NCBI GenBank assembly: GCA_963748015.1 | Contig: CAVVHE010000008.1 | Location: forward strand, 256,001-320,000 | Length of the DNA stretch: 64,000 nt | Direction: 5' to 3' | Source of the DNA: Terriglobia bacterium | GTDB lineage: Bacteria > Acidobacteriota > Polarisedimenticolia > Polarisedimenticolales > JAIQFR01 | Part shown: one piece after another, positions 33,701 to 42,856 of the stretch | Layout: each line of letters opens with the position of its first letter | How positions within the stretch are numbered: the first letter of the stretch is position 1 | Translations under genes and position numbers: made by a program | The notes under the pieces: generated by a model | What the model was told of the DNA's origin: nothing | Database searches by the model: none | Seen by the model: the letters and a program-made list of their open reading frames with translations, nothing else

Positions 33701-36700
33701 TCCACCAACAGTTGGCAGCCGACCTCGACCGGCGCGAACGTGCCCTCCGCGCGCGAGTCTCAAACGGCGGTGTGGACGGGCAACGAGATGATCGTCTGGG
33801 GTGGTGGTGACTATATCGGCGCGACCAACACCGGCGGCCGCTACGACCCGTCCACCGATAGCTGGCTCACGACCTCGACCGGCGCGAACTTGCCCTCGGC
33901 GCGTTACTCTCCCACCGCGGTGTGGACGGGCAGAGAGATGATCGTCTGGGGCGGGTCCACTTACACCCGCTGGAACACCGGCGGGATCTATTGCTCCTGC
34001 GGGGGAGGGTCCGTTGCCACCTGGTACCCCGACGCCGACGCCGACGGCCTGGGCGCCGGCTCCGCCGGCCTGCCCTCGTGCGCTCAGCCGCCAGGGTACG
34101 TCGCGGTGGGTGGCGACTGCGACGATCGCTACCCGAGCTGCACGACGGTATGCATCGACGCCGACTCGGACGGGTTGCCGGTATGCGCCGGTGACTGCAA
34201 CGACACGATCCACAACTGCACGACCGACTGCAGGTCGGACGGCGACGCGGACGGCGTACCGGATTGCGCGGAGGAGGAGGTCGTCACGATCTACTTTGGC
34301 GGAACCAAGATGAAGAGCTGGATGTGGGATCCCGACCAAAACGACGCGTTCTCGCGCCCTGAGACGGTCGCAACACTGCACCATTTCCAGAACACGGGCC
34401 GTTCGCCGCGTGGCGAGAATCACACCAAACATTTCGTGGAGGGCTTCGACGAAGACCTGAACCCACCTTGGGAAGCTCACAATACCGAAGCTCTCGTCCA
34501 CTTGAACGAAACACACGAATGCGAAGCACAGTGCATCACGCTCAATCTCGTGGGTTTCAGCCGTGGCGGAGTTTCCGCCCTGCGCTTCGCGCGGCACGTG
34601 ACCATGACCTCCCCGTGGTCGAGGTTGCAGAGCCTCAAGAAGATCAATGTCCTTGCCTTCGATCCCGTGCCGGGCGACGAAACTGGCGCTGATAACAATG
34701 CAGATTGGTTCAACTTGTCTCCCGGCGTCGAGTACCTCGGCTTCTATGCCGAGGATGAGCGCGCGTTCCACTTTTCTCCCGTCTTTCCCGCGCGGCCGCC
34801 CAGCAATCCATCCAATCCACGGATCAACTTCTTCAAGGTGCGCGGCGCTCACGAAACACCGGTCGGGAATACACAGGTCAACGGCCATGACGGTGATGAT
34901 GGCTACGATAATGCCGGGCTGACGCCGGTGTCGCACACGCTGATCATGGCCGCCACGGAATTCCTGGGCTCGTCCGATTGGGGGCACGTTCGATTCCGTA
35001 CACCCTCTTACGAGGAATCGTTTCACGGCGCCCTGCAGCTGAATTGGTACCAAGGCGAAACGGATGTTGACCAGCTTCGACAGTACTTCGCCAACGAGCT
35101 CGGGCGGATCTATGAGTACAGCGACTCGGGTTATCAAGACATGCGTGAGCACAGCTCCGTCGTTGCCGGCCTGTTGGAGTCCTGGTTTGGCTCGGGGTGG
35201 GCGTGCTTCACTTCGGTTGCTTCCGAGGCAAGAAACAATCCGAGATGTGTCTACGACGCGACCGGCCGGGTATCCCTGGGACTCGATCCACGCGCCGAAC
35301 TCGTGCATCGATTGTGTATTAGCAGCTCGGCCGTTGGACACGAAGACCGGCGGCAACTACGAGATCTGGAACCTGATCCGGGCGCACGGTAGCCTGGACG
35401 TGGACTTCGATCTGATCGACTACAGCGATGACAATTGCCCCGAGACGGCGAACCCCGACCAGACTGCTTCAGACGGCGACGGCCTAGGGGACGCGTGCGA
35501 CAACTGCCCGACGGTCGCCAACCCTGCCCAGGAGGATTTGGACGGCGATGGCCTAGGGGACGCCTGCGACAACTGCCCGACGATCGCCAACCCGGCCCAG
35601 ACGGATTCGGACGGCGACGGCCTGGGGGACGCGTGCGATCCAGACGACGATGACGACGGCATCCTCGACGACGGCGACGGCAGCGGGACGGCCGGAGACC
35701 ACCCGTGCACCGGGGGCGCCACGGAGGCGTGCGACGACAACTGCCCCGTCGACCCTAATCCGGACCAAGCGGACAGCGACTACGACGGTGCCGGGGATGC
35801 GTGTGACAACTGCCCCGGGATTCCCAATCCGGACCAGGCGGACGCCGACGGGGACGGCGCGGGTGACGCCTGTGATCCCTGCCCCACCCCTGCGTACGAT
35901 GGCGGACCCTGCGACGACGGCGACGCCTGCACGATGAACGATTTTTGCTCGCGTGGGCAGTGCGTCCCTGCGGCCGGGAGGTTCACCCAGGCCCCGGGCT
36001 CGCCTGTCGCCGTGGGGTCGTTGCCGAATTCCGTCGCCGTCGGCGACTTCAATCTCGACGGTACACCCGACCTTGCGACGGCCAATCGGGGATCGCACAA
36101 CGTGACGATCCTGCTGGGGAACGGCTCGGGAGGGTTCACCCAGGCCGCGGGATCGCCCGTCGCCGTGGGGCCGTATCCGGTTTCCGTCGCCGTGGGCGAC
36201 TTCGACCTCGACGGCAAACCCGACGTAGTCAGCGCGAACGGCAGCTCGAGCGTGACGATCCTGCTAGGGAACGGCTCGGGAGGGTTCACCCAGGCCCCGG
36301 GCTCGCCCGTCTTCGTGGCGCCGGCTAGTCCGGTTTCCGTCGCCGTGGCCGACTTCGACCTCGACGGCGTACCCGACCTCGTCACGGCCAATCCAGGAAC
36401 GAACGACGTGACGATCCTGCTGGGGGACGGCTCAGGATGGTTCACCCAGGGCTTGCCCGTCCCCGCGGGGTTTTCTCCGAGTTCCGTCGCCGTGGCCGAC
36501 TTCGACCTCGACGGCGTACCCGACCTCGTCACGGCCAATCCAGTATTGAACGGCGTGACGATCCTGCTGGGGGACGGCTCGGGATGGTTCGCCCAGACCC
36601 CGGGCTCGCCCGTCGCCGTGGGATCGTCACCGGTCTCCGTCGCCGTGGGCGACTTCAACCTCGACGGCGTACCCGACCTCGTCACGGCCAATCAAGGAAC

Positions 36701-38183
36701 GAACGACGTGACGATCCTGCTGGGGAACGGCTTGGGAGGGTTCACCCAGCCCCCGGGGTCGCCCGTTGCCGTGGGGCCGTATCCGGTTTCCCTCGCCGTG
36801 GGGAACTTCGGCCTCGACAGCGTACCCGACCTCGTCACGGCCAATCAAGGAACGAGCGATGTGACGATCCTGCTGGGGGACGGCTCGGGAGGGTTCACCC
36901 CGGTTCCGGGCTCGCCCGTCCCCGTGGGGTCGTCTCCGAGTTCCGTCGCCGTGGGCGACTTCAACCTCGATGGCAAAACCGAAGTTGTCAGCGCGAACAG
37001 TTCCACGAACGACGTGACGGTCCTGATGGAAAGAGCGGGCGTGGTCGACTGCGACGATCACGAACCGTGCACCGCGGATTCCTGCGAGCCGGCGAGCGGC
37101 TGTGCGCACGCACCGCTCGCGGACACCGACGGGGACGGCTATTGCAGCGGGGTGGACTGCGACGACGCGGACCCGCGCTGCACGACCGATTGCACGACCG
37201 ACCGCGACGCCGATGGGACGAGAGCCTGCGACGACTGCGACGACGCAGAGCCGCGCTGCGCGGCCGACTGCACGACCGACTCCGACGCCGACGGGACCAG
37301 GAACTGCTCCGACAGCTGCGGGCTCGTGCCCAACCGCCTGCAGCTCGACTCGGACGGCGACCATGTCGGCGACGCGTGCGACTGCGCGCCGCAAAACGCG
37401 GGCGTCACCACGCTGCTCGGCCCGGCGAGGAACCTGCGCTTCGATGTCTTGAAGTCCGGTATCGCCTGGGATCCGCCGGCCGTGGGCGGCGGGCTGACCT
37501 ACGACCTCGTGCGAAGCGGCGTGGCCTCGAACTGGCAAAGCGTCGCCTGCCCCGCGACGCAGACCACGGCCACGACGGCCTCGGACCCGGCAACGCCGAC
37601 GCCTGGGGCCGCTTTCTTCTACCTCGTCCGGGTCAAGAGCGCATGCGGCGAGAACCTGGGCACGAGGTCCACGGAGCAGCGCCGGCAGGCCGCCTCATGC
37701 GTACCCACTTCGAAGCGAATCTTCGTCACGAGTACCGGTTACACCGGCAGCCTGGGAGGACTGGCCGGCGGTGACGCGAAGTGCCAGCAAGCGGCGGACG
37801 CGGCGCGACTCGGGGGGACGTTCCGCGCCTGGCTGAGCGACGGCACGACCTCCGCGTCGGCCCGGCTCGCGCACTCCACGCTCCCGTACGTCCTCGTCAA
37901 CGGCGTCCAGGTCGCCGCGAGTTGGACGGATCTCGTCGACGGCACGCTCGCCCACGCCATCGACCTCGACGAGAACGGCGCGAACGTCGGAGACCGAGAG
38001 GTGTGGACGGGCACGTATACCAATGGCAACACGTACTATCCCCACTGCTCGGGCTGGTCCGATGGCACGACCGCCGCGGACGGATGGGTCGGCCTCGCCA
38101 GCCGGACGGATTCGAGCTGGAGCCAGATCTACCCGCAGCACTGCGAGCGGACGAACCCGAGTCTCTACTGCTTCGAGCAGTGA
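30777..38183 (+). CDS. Giant secreted multidomain protein (~2,470 aa after correcting three +1 frameshifts near 32500, 33175 and 35340): helical N-domain, 14 Kelch repeats, Tle1/DUF2235-like lipase, TSP3 Ca-binding repeats, 7 FG-GAP repeats, DUF1554-like C-terminus
   Basis: ATG after GAGGAA; four ORFs join in consecutive frames with the repeat register continuous across the first two breaks. Confidence 0.8.
32000..33992 (+). repeat. Intragenic tandem Kelch-like repeats (14 units of ~140-150 nt)
   Basis: Unit [51 protein letters not shown]. Confidence 0.92.
35982..37029 (+). repeat. Intragenic FG-GAP/VCBS repeats (7 units)
   Basis: Unit [37 protein letters not shown]. Confidence 0.9.
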
Positions 38184-38190
38184 GCGCTGC

Positions 38191-38243
38191 GCGGGTTCCG
38201 GAGGAGCGGCCCGTGAACGGCCGGACCTCCGGAATCCGCTTCT
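38191..38243 (+). terminator. Long hairpin after the giant gene, possible terminator
   Basis: GCGGGTTCCGGAGG ... CCTCCGGAATCCGC followed by TTCT; weak U-tract. Confidence 0.4.
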
Positions 38244-38716
38244 GAGGACCAACGTCGGACCTCGCGCCTTCGTGGTGGGCGACGCGAGGTCCGACCGCAT
38301 CCCGTCCCGAGAACGTCCGGACGCCTCGCCCTGCAGCATCGCTGCCGCTCCGGCCCCAACTGAGGGTCCGGTTCACTCGGGAGCAACGGACGGTCGATAC
38401 TCCGCCACCCTCTTCGCGAGCGGTCGTTTCACGGCCGTACGTTATCGGCGCTCCGTCGATAGGCTGCGTCTCCTTTGCAAACCAGCATGCCTTCCGGGTC
38501 GCCGGACCTGCGTAGATAACGGTCCACACCGACGAGAAAGGAGGCAGCCTCCGTGGAGGCTGCTCGGAGACCGTCTCCAAAATGTCTCCAAGACTGCGGT
38601 GGACTCCAGGTGAATTTAGGGGACTCCAAAGGACTCGAGATCGGAACTTGGCAGCGGATTGGCGGTCGTCTTCGGCGAAAGTCGCGCGCCATCGACCTTT
38701 TTCGTGAACCCGAGAA

Positions 38717-38892
38717 CGGGTTCGATTCCCGCCGCCTCCACCATTCGACTCGCGCCTTCGGCGCTCGCTCATGGCGGGCCATCCATCGCGAGTCGAATGG
38801 TGCCCTGAGCAAGCGAGCGAAGCGAGCGCGTCGAAGGGCCCTTCGACAAGCTCAGGGCAGGCTGCTTGGTCCGACGTCGGTCCCCGCCTCTC
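38717..38892 (+). repeat. tmRNA 3' end (27/27 identical, att-like) plus palindromic element, copy 2
   Basis: CGGGTTCGATTCCCGCCGCCTCCACCA followed by the same element as copy 1. Confidence 0.93.
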
Positions 38893-38903
38893 TTGGTTCT
38901 CTC

Positions 38904-39185
38904 ATGTTCTCTGTCTACATCCTCCTCTGCTCCGACGGCTCCTACTACGTCGGCCAAACCCACGACCTCGTCGCGCGCGTCAAAGCCCACAACGCGGGCA
39001 CAGCCGCTAGCCACACGAAAGAGCGTCGGCCTGTCCGTCTCGTCTACTCCGAGCGCCACGAGACGCTTGCAGGCGCCGTCCAGCGCGAGAGCCAGCTCAA
39101 GGGCTGGACTCGCGCAAAGAAGGAGGCGCTTGTCGCGGGTCAACTAGATCGTCTGCACGGGCTGGCTCGCAGGCGTCGACGCTAA
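38904..39185 (+). CDS. Small GIY-YIG nuclease, copy 2 (93 aa)
   Basis: MFSVYILLCSDGSYYVGQT...RESQLKGWTRAKKEAL. Confidence 0.92.
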   Translation: MFSVYILLCSDGSYYVGQTHDLVARVKAHNAGTAASHTKERRPVRLVYSERHETLAGAVQRESQLKGWTRAKKEALVAGQLDRLHGLARRRRR

Positions 39186-39190
39186 CGCAC

Positions 39191-39454
39191 TTGGCGGAAT
39201 GGCGGCGGAACGGCTGGCTGTCGACACACCGCACGAGCGGGAACGAGATTCGCGACCTCCTCGAGGTCGTGAAGCGCGATCTCGCAGACCGCCCCGCAGA
39301 TGGTCTCACTACGCGGAACCTCAGCGGCTACGGGCGTGTCGGCCTGGTGTCGGACGCCGATGCCGACGCGATGCGCGCGGTGGCCGTCAGACTCCGCGAC
39401 GATGTCGTCGCGCGGATCGGATAGCAACATCCGGACCTGCTCGAATCACCATGA
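39191..39454 (+). pseudogene. Internally deleted HEPN-like gene, paralog of 48951-49397
   Basis: NGWLSTHRTSGNEIRDLL...DGL joined almost directly to RNLSGYGRVGLVSDADADAMRA; about 60 codons missing; late frameshift. Confidence 0.85.
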
Positions 39455-39650
39455 GGTCAAGCGCTGGAGGGACGCGCTCCCGGGCCAACGCTCCGTCGCC
39501 AGGTAACTGTTCAAAAGGAAGGGACTTGCGACCTTCTTCCCGGGTGCTGGGGTTTCCGCGCCAGCGGCTCGCCGTCCGATCAGGCGACAGAAGACGTGGT
39601 CACTCCAAGGCGAGTGTTCCTCGAAGACCAGGATCGGATAGCATAGAGAC

Positions 39651-40142
39651 ATGGCCTCCTTCGCCGACGCACTGCGCGTGCTGAACGACATGAAAGAAGC
39701 TCGCGTCGTCGAGGACTACGCAGTGGCCGGAGCGATGGCCATGGTCTTTTGGGCCGAGCCCGTGCCGACTTTCGATCTCGACGTGCTTGTGTTCCTTGCC
39801 GGAGGGGAAGGACCCATCGTCAGCCTCGCGCCCATCTACAGCTGGGCGGCCGACCGCGGCTACCCTACACAGGCCGAGCACGTGATCATCGAGGGTGTAC
39901 CGGTTCAGTTTCTTCCGGCACATGACGAGCTCGCTGATGAGGCGATCGAACGGGCCGCGACGCTGGACTACGAAGGCGTCCCGGTTCGTGTCGTCAGGCC
40001 TGAGTACCTCGTGGCGCTCTACCTGGAGCCCGGTGCACGGACGATGAAGAGACGGGAACGGGCCGCGGCCCTGCGCGAATCGCCCACCGTCGACGTGGCA
40101 ACCCTCGACGGCCTTCTCCGGCGCTTCGGATTGGAGTTCTAA
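39651..40142 (+). CDS. Nucleotidyltransferase-superfamily protein
   Basis: YAVAGAMA...TFDLDVLV (G-x-A...DxD), VRVVRPEYLVAL. Confidence 0.7.
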   Translation: MASFADALRVLNDMKEARVVEDYAVAGAMAMVFWAEPVPTFDLDVLVFLAGGEGPIVSLAPIYSWAADRGYPTQAEHVIIEGVPVQFLPAHDELADEAIERAATLDYEGVPVRVVRPEYLVALYLEPGARTMKRRERAAALRESPTVDVATLDGLLRRFGLEF

Positions 40143-40145
40143 AAC

Positions 40146-40358
40146 ATGACGGCGGAGCCTCGTCAAAGGTCTCGACCGGCCCCGGCGCTCCTGGCGTCGC
40201 TGCGGAAGGGGAAGTCCGTACTCCACGGCCAGCGAGCGAGCATGACGCTCCGGGAAAAAGTCGCATTGGTCCTCGAGCTGCAGCGCGTTTGCCTACCACT
40301 CATCGCGCAGCGCAGACGACTCGCGCCCTGGGAGCAGCTCTGGCCGATCACGCCGTGA
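40146..40358 (+). CDS. Small hypothetical protein (70 aa), probable partner of the NTase
   Basis: Starts 3 nt after the NTase stop; helical SMTLREKVALVLELQR. Confidence 0.55.
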   Translation: MTAEPRQRSRPAPALLASLRKGKSVLHGQRASMTLREKVALVLELQRVCLPLIAQRRRLAPWEQLWPITP

Positions 40359-40395
40359 CGGCAAGCGCCAGCGGCCTTTCTTGTGAACCCCGAAA

Positions 40396-40570
40396 CGGCT
40401 TGGATTCCCTCCGTCTCCACCATTCGACTCGCTCGTACCGCGCTTCCGCGCGGTACTCACTCGCTCATGGCAGGCCAATCACCAGGGCCGAAGGGTTCAC
40501 GAGCGAGTCTAATGCCCTGAGCGAGCGAAGAGAGTCGAAGGGCTGCTCGCGTCGGTCTCGGTCCCCGTCT
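40396..40570 (+). repeat. Degenerate tmRNA 3' end (23/27) plus variant palindromic element, copy 3
   Basis: CGGCTTGGATTCCCTCCGTCTCCACCA-TTCGACTCGC...GCTCATGGC...GCCCTGAGC...GTCGAAGGG. Confidence 0.88.
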
Positions 40571-40585
40571 TCCCGGGACTCCCCC

Positions 40586-40672
40586 ATGTTCTTCGTCTAC
40601 ATCCTCCTATGCTCCGACGGCGCCTACTACGTCGGCCAAACCCACGACCTCGTCGCGCGCGTCAAAGCCCAC
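40586..40672 (+). pseudogene. Truncated GIY-YIG nuclease, copy 3
   Basis: MFFVYILLCSDGAYYVGQTHDLVARVKAH, nearly identical to copy 2, then homology stops abruptly. Confidence 0.85.
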
Positions 40673-40972
40673 GCAGAGCTCGTCGTGGCGGGTAATTCCC
40701 GTGGCCTTCAGCGTCAGGCCGCTGCCGCTGATGCGCCCGTGTCTCACGGCGCGGGCCCGGCCGAGAAAGAACGGGGCGGCCGGAGCGCCGTTGTCGAGGC
40801 ACACCTGCGGCGAAACGCTCACGGCGTCGGGCGGGCTCGACAGCCAGTTCTCGATCCAGTTCCACGAGAGAAAGAAGGAGCACTCGGAGTCGTCGCCGAC
40901 GCCCGCGAACATCGACTCGCGGGCGTCCAGGTCGGCATGCCTGTCGAGAATCCGAATGTCCAGAGCGCCCAT
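40673..40972 (-). pseudogene. N-terminal fragment resembling CelD/BcsL-type GNAT acetyltransferases
   Basis: CSFFLSWNWIENWL motif; cut off at the junction with the GIY-YIG fragment. Confidence 0.4.
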
Positions 40973-41289
40973 CTCCGATGCCGGCGCGGGCGAGACCACC
41001 ACCTCTTCCTCTGCGGCGGTCACGATTCTATCGGCTCCAGGTCGGCGAATCCGACATGGTCCTCCGCGGCGCACGGGATCTTGCCGGCCGGGCGCCGGCG
41101 GCGCGCGCCTCATGTCGAGCGCGATCAACCACGAACGCTGGTGGGGAAGACTCGCGGCGCAGGCTCGGGATCCCCGGCATTGACCGCGCGGGAATCCCGA
41201 AGTACGTTCACAATCGCACCGTCGATCGTCGGATCGCGGCCGCGGGGTAGGGCGGGGCGCTCGCGCCCAGAGGCGACTCGCCGAGACCT

Positions 41290-42537
41290 GTGCAGGCGGA
41301 GAGAGGGGAGAACGCCCTGGACCGGACGACAGCGGCGACAGTGCCGGGCCGGACTCGTCCCACGCTAGGCCGGGGCACCGGGGGCCTTTGCGCGCTCCTT
41401 CTCCTGGTCGGCTCCGCGCAGGCGGCGACCGATCCGGCAGCGAGCGGACTGTTCAGCTCCGGAAAGCTGACGATCTCGATCCCCGCGACGCAGGGGAGCG
41501 TGCTGACGACGGACGTCCACTACCCCAAGACCGCGTCCGGCGAGGTGGAACCCGCGGCGGGGCTCTGCCCCGTGGTCGTGTTCGGCCACGGCTTCTCGCG
41601 GTCCAAAGAGCAATACGTCAACGTCGGCGCGCACCTGGCGACGCGGGGATTCATCACGATCATTCCCAACTTCTCGGGCTCGGACCACGGCAAGAACGCG
41701 GACGACCTGGTGGTCATGATCGACTGGATCCTCGCCCGCAACTCGGATCCGGCTTCGATCTTCTACGGGCGCGTGGATCCTACGGCGATCGGCAGCTCCG
41801 GCCACTCCGCCGGCGGCTTGAGCGCGATCGTCGCCGCCTCGCGCGACCAGAGGGTCCGGGCGACGGCCCCACGCGATCCGGTGGACAGCAACGGGCTGGG
41901 GGTCGGCGCCCTGGCCAGCGTCCACGTCCCCGTGGCCATCACCTACTCCGAGGACAGCTCCTGCAACGCCAACGGGAGCGCCCGCGCCCTCTACGCCGCC
42001 GCGCAGGCCCCCAAGCGGGGCGTCAAGGTCGTCAACGGGACGCACTGCGATCCGGAGGACCCGACGAACTTCCTCTGCACGCTGGTCTGCGGCGCCGCCA
42101 ACGCGGCTCGCCAGGCGCTCTACCGAAGGTACACGACCGGCTGGTTCGAGTACTACCTGCGCTGCGACGCGAGCTACGAGCCGTGGGTCTACGGCGCGCA
42201 GGCGCAGGCGGACGCGGCGGCCGGCCTGATCACGTTCGACGTCGCCCCGAACCCGCCCGCCTCGCAGCCTTGCGGAACGGTGGGCCCGCCTCCGGAAGTC
42301 CAGGACCTGATGGTGAGCCGCAGCGGTGGCGACATCGCGCTGGCGTGGGCTCCTGTGGCCGCGAATCCGGCCGTCACGTCGTACCGGGTCTACCGGTCCG
42401 CCTCCAGCGACTTCGTCGACCCCGCCCTCGCCGGGACCGTCTCGGGGACGACCTTCACCGAGCCGCTCGCCTCGTCCCCCTCGATGGCCTTCTTCAAGGT
42501 TGCAGCCGTCAACCCGAGCGGAGAAGGCCCTCGTTGA
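41290..42537 (+). CDS. Secreted alpha/beta hydrolase (chlorophyllase/cutinase-like) with FN3-like C-terminal domain; start may be downstream
   Basis: Signal peptide LLLLVGSAQA, VVFGHGF, GHSAGG nucleophile elbow, GTHCD; C-terminal LAW...YRVYR...FFKVAAVN. Confidence 0.8.
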   Translation: MQAERGENALDRTTAATVPGRTRPTLGRGTGGLCALLLLVGSAQAATDPAASGLFSSGKLTISIPATQGSVLTTDVHYPKTASGEVEPAAGLCPVVVFGHGFSRSKEQYVNVGAHLATRGFITIIPNFSGSDHGKNADDLVVMIDWILARNSDPASIFYGRVDPTAIGSSGHSAGGLSAIVAASRDQRVRATAPRDPVDSNGLGVGALASVHVPVAITYSEDSSCNANGSARALYAAAQAPKRGVKVVNGTHCDPEDPTNFLCTLVCGAANAARQALYRRYTTGWFEYYLRCDASYEPWVYGAQAQADAAAGLITFDVAPNPPASQPCGTVGPPPEVQDLMVSRSGGDIALAWAPVAANPAVTSYRVYRSASSDFVDPALAGTVSGTTFTEPLASSPSMAFFKVAAVNPSGEGPR

Positions 42538-42599
42538 CCGCGCGGAGAGCGGTCGCCGGCGAAGCAGGCGCTGGCCTCCGCGCCACTCCGTGCCGGAAA

Positions 42600-42800
42600 T
42601 GGCCGACAGGGCCCTTGCGTCCGGTCGCGGTTTCGTCGATCACGAGGTAGCGGAGCCCGCTCCGGGAGCTGTCCAGGACTCGTCGGTCGCGAAGGCCAGC
42701 GCTTCCTCGGTGTCCTACGGCCCCACGAGGATGTCCCGGAACACGTCGCCGATGATGTCGTAGCGGTCGATGAAGCGCGCGACGTGCTGCTCGGCGGACC
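42600..42800 (-). pseudogene. Possible gene remnant
   Basis: Protein-like EQHVARFIDRYDIIGDVFRDILVG broken by a stop and a frameshift before GLRYLVIDET. Confidence 0.25.
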
Positions 42801-42856
42801 GTCGAAGCCGAATCGCGAACGCCGACGCGGTCGGTGGGCGCGCTCGCCCGCTCGAC

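Noticed and set aside
32000..33992. CRISPR-like pattern of conserved repeats with variable spacers
   Set aside because: Units are ~140-150 nt, stay in frame and encode Kelch blades; no cas genes are present.
38717..38743. Second tmRNA or a tRNA gene
   Set aside because: Only the T-arm and 3' acceptor strand are present; there is no 5' acceptor strand, D-arm or tag ORF upstream.
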